From assembly GCF_009914755.1 (NCBI RefSeq), contig NC_060925.1: a DNA stretch of 64,000 nucleotides. One strand, given 5' to 3'. The stretch's first letter is position 1; each line of letters begins with the position of its first letter. Both the position numbers and the translations under genes were made by a program. This document shows positions 56,545 to 64,000 of this stretch, in pieces. This DNA comes from the human T2T-CHM13v2.0 reference genome, Homo sapiens. The notes below the pieces were generated by a model. That model had not been told where the DNA came from. It searched no databases and saw only the letters and a list, made by a program, of their open reading frames with translations.

Positions 56545-57260
56545 TGGTTTTCATTTATCTGGGGTACAAGTTCAAGAGTTCAGTTCCTGGGTTATATGGC
56601 ACTTCTATGTTTAGTTTTATAAGAAACTTCCAGATTGTTTTCCAGAGTGACTGTACCACTTTAAATTCCCATTAGCAATATATGATCCAGTTTTTCTAGA
56701 TCCTCACCAGAATTTGGTATTGTCACTACTTTTTCTTTTTGTCATTCTGACGGATGTGCAATAATAAAGCATTGTGTTTTAAATTTGCATTTCTGCAATG
56801 ATTAATGTTGGACAGTTTTTCATGTGCTTATTTGCTATCTGAATACCCTCTTTAAATAAATGTCTTATCATGTTTATTTGCCCATTTTCTCATTGCATTG
56901 TGTAATTTTTAATGCTGAGTTTTGAGAGGATTTTTTTTCAATATATTCTAGAGGCAAGTCATTTGTTGGATATGTGGCTTGCAAATATTTTCTCTAAGTC
57001 TGGAAATTATCTCTTTTTCCTCTTCACATATGCCTTCAAAGATCAAAATAATTTAGTTTTGATGAAGTACAATTGATCAACTTTTCATTTTATGCATCTT
57101 GCTTTTTGTGTCAAGTCTAAGAACTCTTTACCTAGCCCTAATTCCAAAAATTGTTTACTTTTTTTAAAAGCTTTAGAAATTGTTGCTTTATTTTTAAGTA
57201 AGTGTTGTCTTTTGAGTTAATTTCTAAGTGAATTATGAAGTTTAATTTGAGGTCAAAATG
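56545..57260 (-). mobile_element. L1M (MC/MD-like) fragment
   Basis: TTCCAGAGTGACTGTACCACTTT and GATATGTGGCTTGCAAATATTTTCTC are reverse-complement L1 ORF2-end phrases. Confidence 0.8.
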
Positions 57261-58603
57261 CCTTTAGTTGATACTCATGTTTGTAATCAAAATTTTACTT
57301 AGTATATAACTGACGTATATGCATTTTGCATCAGCATTTAATGATATTTTTCCATCATTTTCTTGAATCTTTTCTTTTGTTCATAGACACTCTGAGAATT
57401 AGCTCTTTATCCTTAATGTCTTGAAATACAATTACAATGTATTTAGGTACATAGATTAAAAAAACTTGATAAGTGCTAGGTAGATAATAAATGTAAGGAT
57501 TTATGTTTTTTTTTTTTTTTTTTTTTTTTTAGTTTACTTGAGTGTATTTACTCACAACTTCTGGAATACATAATACCTAATATAAATCTTTTAACATTTT
57601 GGGATCTAACCTCCAAATTTTAAAGTTTCATTTTTGCTATTTATATTTATATTCCCTTGTTTTGTGTTCAGTACAAGTTCTCCACTCTGCCTTCTTAATG
57701 CTAACTTATTTTTCATTCTGTGCCCTGGACACATTTTGTCCACATGTACTGAGATGAAATGTCAAAGTTTAATTTGCATAAAATCTTGGTAACTCTTTTT
57801 CATGGACCTAATATGTATTCTGAAGTCCTACCCTGTTTGCTCTGTTGTTTCCCAGGATGTAGTGCTTTCTCTCTGTTTACTGAAATGTCCTTTAAGACAT
57901 AGCATCTTAACAGTGTTTGGTAATTCCTGATTATGGGGTAATTCTTCCTAGAAAGTAAATTATTTTGTTATTTCTGATGCTTATATTTCATCCTGTTTTT
58001 AGTGAGAATGAGAAAATATCCAAAAGCATTCACTTTAACTGCTTGCTGGGTATTTGGGTTGCTAGACCTCTGATCCTTTTCTCCTGGGTGTTAGCAGGCA
58101 TTACCTGTCTCTTTGACTCAAGCTCAAGCCCTCGCTGCTCCTGGTACTGCCTGGAGATAGAAAGACCGAGTATAGCTTGGCCCAAAGGGTAGGGTGGAGA
58201 ATGCATGGAGAGCGTGACCATTTGTTTGTTCCTTTTGTTGCACCTCAGCTGGTCACTTGTGCTTTGCTGGATGTCTGCCTGCCTCCTGCCTTTACTCTCC
58301 CTGGCTCTTCACTTCTGGCACATATACATCCAGCAGTACTTTCTGTAGAAAACCAGAGTATAATTTTATTTCTTGAGTACATCTCTTTTGATCTAAATTA
58401 TCCAGAGATAACTCAAAATTTCTGGTTCCTGAGGCTTCTTCCGTCTTTCTCCCTAGCTTGTTTAGGAGTGTGTGTGCACCCACGTGTGTGTGTGAGTGTG
58501 TCTCATTTAGTGTACTAAATTGGGGTGGGAGGCAATAGCATTAGCTCAGTCTATCAACCTAGTTTATAGAGTGCATATGAACTGGGATCTACTTTCAACT
58601 AGG

Positions 58604-58918
<315 letters not shown>

Positions 58919-59076
58919 TTACATTTAGATAATAACTTGAAAGACGTCAAATCAAGAATACATATATATATGTATATATATACACACACATATATAAATA
59001 TGTGATAAATATGATCACTTGTAGGAACAAGGCAAAGGATTTGTGGGAACAAGGGATCAGGTTGGCATTTGCCTGA

Positions 59077-59437
<361 letters not shown>

Positions 59438-60546
59438 CACAAACATAAATTTCACACAGCACTTAGGGATGAACAGTTAACAAATCCTGTAATATTAAAT
59501 AACAATATTTTTGAGCATGTAAACTATTTTTCCAAACAAAACCTCATTACAGAATCTTAATACCTGGACCCAAATGCAGAACAGTGGCTGAATCCTGAGA
59601 AGTGGCTGGAGACCTTGTCATACAGCTTCTCATTTGTAATATATTAGACTCCAAGGCTGTCCAGAGGCATCCTCTGGCTCCAGAGGGAATAGCTTGAAAT
59701 CCTTTGCCTTAGACTATTTAAGAATGATGCAAAGATAATAATTTTTAAAAATATGCACATATTCAAAAAGGAACCAGAAATATTTCAGGTTCCAGAATGC
59801 TTCTACTGAATATTGTAATGATAATTTACATTTGCATTGCTTTTATCTTCTATGAAGTCCATACATCCAAAGAGTGACAGTTTAATTTTTTTTATTTTTT
59901 CAGTTTGAACTTCTTTACAGGTGTTCTTGCCTTTACTAATAAGACCCCAAGAGACAGCAGTCCCCATACTAACATATTGAGTGCTAGCTAAAAATAGTAG
60001 CCCTGCATTCTTACCATAACATATGAACAGTTTTTGAGCAGACAAATATGAGAGGGAGTTTCCCAGGCATTTTAAATTTTTCTGGTAAAGAGTGGGAAAG
60101 ATCTAGAGATAAAGGACACTGATTTACATTAAACTATGTTGATAACTTAATAGTCATGTGTTTAAAATTTGAATATTATTTATTAAGCTGAAAATTGACA
60201 TCCATCAAATTTTTTAGCGAAGTATATGTGAGATACTATGTCAACCAGTAATATAAATATATTAATTATTATTATTATATTCATTAAAGATTCTATCAAG
60301 AATACAGTTATAAAATAATAGTAAGATTCCCTATTGGGTTTTGTTTTTATTATTTCATTAATCAAATTTTGTCTTTGTTACCTATTAATATTTCACTCTA
60401 ATAAATAAGTTTAGTTTACACAATTTATGAAGCTGTTGACCTGATAAGACTATTATGAACTTAGCATACACACTGCATATAAACCTAGGAAATCTTTCAA
60501 TCACAAAACATATTTGAAATTTGTACATTAAGACAATAACTTGGTA

Positions 60547-60762
60547 CAGAGTTCAGCACACTCTTTCTCTAAAGGAACTGATAGGAAATATTTGGGGCTT
60601 GAAAGTCCGAATGGTTTCTCTTGCAGTTACTCAGTAGTTATTTTAGCACTAAAGGACACATAGACAATATACAAATCAAAGGCCATAGCTATGTAACAAT
60701 AAGACTTTATTTATAAATGGTAGGTTGAATTTGGCCCGTGAGCCATATTTTGCTAATCCCTG
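60547..60762. mobile_element. MER58A-like hAT MITE
   Basis: CAGAGTTCAGCACACT start, CAATAAGACTTTATTTA interior, TTTGGCCCGTGAGCCATATTTTGCTAATCCCTG end. Confidence 0.8.
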
Positions 60763-60769
60763 CTGCATA

Positions 60770-61050
60770 GTATTTATTCAATATGCATACATTCATCCAA
60801 CAAACATTTCTTGAGCACTTGTTGCGTGCCAAAATAGATATTATTTCTTAGGGAGATAAAAATAGGCAAAACATTTCAAGCTTTAAACTGATTACATTGT
60901 GGTATGGATACAGGGGAAAAAATGAATAGATAAAGAAAAGAGTGATAAAATTAGGATACAGGCTTACACTGGGACTCAAAGGAGGGTAGAGCTTCTAAGA
61001 ACCTTTATATGAGGAAATCAAAGGATCAAACATGAAGGGAGGAAGGAAAA
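60770..61050 (-). mobile_element. L2 3' end remnant
   Basis: CATTCATCCAACAAACATTTCTTGAGCACTTGTTGCGTGCCA. Confidence 0.7.
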
Positions 61051-61291
61051 TATTTTCAAACTGTGTGCCGTGTTAATAGGTACACTTACCTTCTGTACAG
61101 TTTCACTAGGCTTAGAATTTCGTGGTATTCAGGCAATTCAACCACAAAACACCAACTTTTATGTGATGTCTCATCCACACAAGGAACCCCTGAGATAACA
61201 TTTCCAGAGCTTCGCAATGCAATGCATTTAAATGTAATTCTCTCTTCAGCTGAAACCACTATTCTTACACTAATTGTTACATGTTAACTGA

Positions 61292-61633
<342 letters not shown>

Positions 61634-62413
61634 TCATATGCCATGCTTTTATGTGTAAGATCATCTTTTTCATACCTTAGATGTATTTCTCTTGTGGCAG
61701 TTATCACATAAACTATAATTTATTAGTTTATATATTTGATTTCACTTCAACATTGGTATTTTCTTCTCCAAAAGATTGCTATTTCCTTGGTTAAGGGCCT
61801 ATAAGTTTGAAGTATCAAAAAAGAGACACACTCTCAAACTTGCATAAACAAGAAGAAAATGGACTGAGACCAGGGCTGGGACCCCATCCACCCAGGCATC
61901 TCCACCCCAGGCCCATAGGCTTGCTCTTCTTTGCTGCTTGTGCCTTATGCTTATAATTTCTACACACTAATTTATTTGATTTGCTGTGTTTATGCATGAT
62001 GAAAAATAGTTGTCCTGGCCCATATTCTGACAGATATTAAATAAAATCACTTTGTTCCAAACCTGAATTCCTGAGACCAAGAGTTTGTTTCCAAATGAGG
62101 TTTAGGAGTCCAGCCTGAGCCCTTCTTCCTTGCCCAGAGTAGCAGGGTTACATACACTAGAAACAGAGCTACATAGTCACCCCTCCAGGCCTGAGAAATC
62201 AGTCTTAAGGGAAGAGGGTCTTAGGCCAGGTGGAAACTCTAAAATACAAATTCTGTTGTGTTTTTCTTTAGTGCTGAGAACAATTGCTTTATCTAGTTGT
62301 TTTAATCTCTGGAGATTTGTTTGATGTCCAGTGCAATGCAGAAATCTAGAAAACAAATGGCTGAACTAAGCAGTAGCAATGAGGACATGAGCAATAAAGA
62401 GACTGAATAAATA

Positions 62414-62500
62414 CATTTATGTGCCACATAATATTTTGGTCAAGGATGGATGGCAAATACAACGGTGGATTCAAAGGATTATAATGCCATATTTTAAAAA
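62414..62500 (+). mobile_element. Tigger3/MER7-like left end
   Basis: TA then CATTTATGTGCCACATAA, TTGGTCAAGGATGGA, ATACAACGGTGG and GATTATAAT resemble CpG-decayed Tigger3. Confidence 0.65.
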
Positions 62501-62522
62501 TTATTATTATTATTTAAATGGG

Positions 62523-62871
62523 TATATTAGTTCATTTTCATGTTGCTGATAAAGACATACCCCAGACTGGGAAGAAGAAGAAGTTTAATTGGACTTACAA
62601 TTCCACATGGCTGGGGAGGCCTCAGAATCATGGTGGGAGGTGAAAGGCACTTCGTACATGGCAGTGACAAGAGAAAATGAGGAGAAGCAGAAGCAGAAAT
62701 CCCTGATAAATCCATCAGATCTTCTGAGACTTATTCACTATCACTAGAATAGCATGGGAAAGACCTGCAGCCATGATATAATTACCCCTGGGTCCCTCCC
62801 ACACCACATGGGAATTCTGGGAGAGACAATTCAGGTTGAGATTTGGGTGGGGACACAGCCAAACAATATCA
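62523..62871 (-). mobile_element. THE1 3' LTR
   Basis: TATATTAGTTCATTTTCATGTTGCTGATAAAGACATACC to CAGCCAAACAATATCA; purine tract precedes it on the minus strand. Confidence 0.92.
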
Positions 62872-63953
62872 TTCTATCTCTGGCCTCTCCAAATCTCATG
62901 TTCTCACATTTCAAAACCAATCATGCCTTCCCAACAGTCCCCAAAAGTCTTAACTCATTTCAGCATTAACCCAAAAGTCCACAGTCCAAAGTCTCATCTG
63001 AGACAAGGCAAGTGCCTTCCACCTATGAGCCTATAAAATCAAAAACAAGCTAGTTACTTCCTAGATACAATGGGGGTACAGGTATTGGGTAAATACAACT
63101 GTTTCAAATGGGAGAAATTGGCCAGAACAAAGGGGTTACAGGGCCCATGCAAGTCCAAAATTCAGCAGGGAAGTCAAATTTTAAAGCTCCAAAATGATCT
63201 CCTTTGACTCCAGGTCTCACATCCAGGACACAATGATGCGAGAGGTGGGTTCCCATGGTCTTGGGCACCTCTGCCCCTGTGGCTTTGCAGGGTACACCCT
63301 CCCTCCCAGCTGTTTCCATGGGCTGGTATTGAGTGTCTGTGGCTTTTCCAGGGGCATGGTGCAAGCTGTCAGTGGAGCTACCATTTTGGCATCTGGAGGA
63401 TGGTGGCCTTCTTTTCACAGCTCCACTAGGCAGTGCCCCAGTAGGGACTCTGTGTGGGGGCTCTGATTCCACATTTCCCTTCCATACTGCCATAGCAGAG
63501 GTTCTCCATGACAGCCCCACCCCTGCAGCAAACTTTTGCCTGGGCATCCAGGCATTTCCATACATCTTCTGAAATCTAGGTGGAGGTTCCCAAACATCAA
63601 TTCTTGACTTCTATGCAGCCACAGGCTCAATACCACTTGGAAGCTGCCAAGGCTTTGGGCTTCCACCCTCTGAGGCTACAGCCAGGGCTCTACACTGGCC
63701 CGTTTCAGCCGTGGCTGGAGTGGCTGCAACACAGAGCACCAAGGCCCTAGGATGCACAGAGCATGGGGACCCTGGGCCCCATCCACAAAACCACTTTTTC
63801 CTCCTGGGCCTCCAGGCCTGTGATGGGAGAGACTTCTGTGAAGGTCTCTGACATGCCCTGGAGATATTTTCCCCATGGTCTTGGGGATTAATACTAGGCT
63901 TCTTGCTACTTTTGCAAGTTTCTGCAGCCAGCTTGAATTTCTCCTCAAAAAAT
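62872..63953 (-). mobile_element. THE1 internal region (MaLR ORF remnant)
   Basis: ORF-track peptides MYGNAWMPRQKFAAG, PPHRVPTGALPSGAV and PSQAWRPRRKKWF match the recalled THE1-int ORF. Confidence 0.92.
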
Positions 63954-64000
63954 GTTTTTTTTTTTTTCATTTTTTTTTGAGAGAGTCTCACTCTGTTGCC
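63954..64000 (-). mobile_element. 3' end of an Alu inserted in THE1-int (cut by the window edge)
   Basis: Poly-T then GAGAGAGTCTCACTCTGTTGCC. Confidence 0.85.

Overview
This is AT-rich primate (human-like) genomic DNA dominated by interspersed repeats; I cannot name the locus. No intact protein-coding gene, rRNA, tRNA or CRISPR array is supportable. The one gene-derived feature is a full-length, disabled KRT18 processed pseudogene (8757-10166, +). The rest is layered transposon history: the 5' end of a MER61/MER4-group provirus, an ERVL-like provirus remnant interrupted by a MER21 LTR, solo LTRs (LTR8A, MER52, THE1/MST, MLT1), a THE1 LTR plus internal region, about 19 Alu elements, old and young L1s (two with twin-priming 5' inversions), L2, MIR and DNA-transposon MITEs. 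The most notable small-scale items are a 35-nt tailless U2 snRNA retrocopy with a perfect target-site duplication (TSD) nested in an inverted L1, a 64-bp near-perfect dispersed duplication 1.56 kb apart, a nested-hairpin templated insertion, a cruciform-prone AT island, and two repeat-free CpG-retaining blocks that may be enhancers. I found no evidence for a previously undescribed biological system. Repeat subfamily names come from recalled consensus sequences and need RepeatMasker/Dfam confirmation; boundaries of old elements are approximate.
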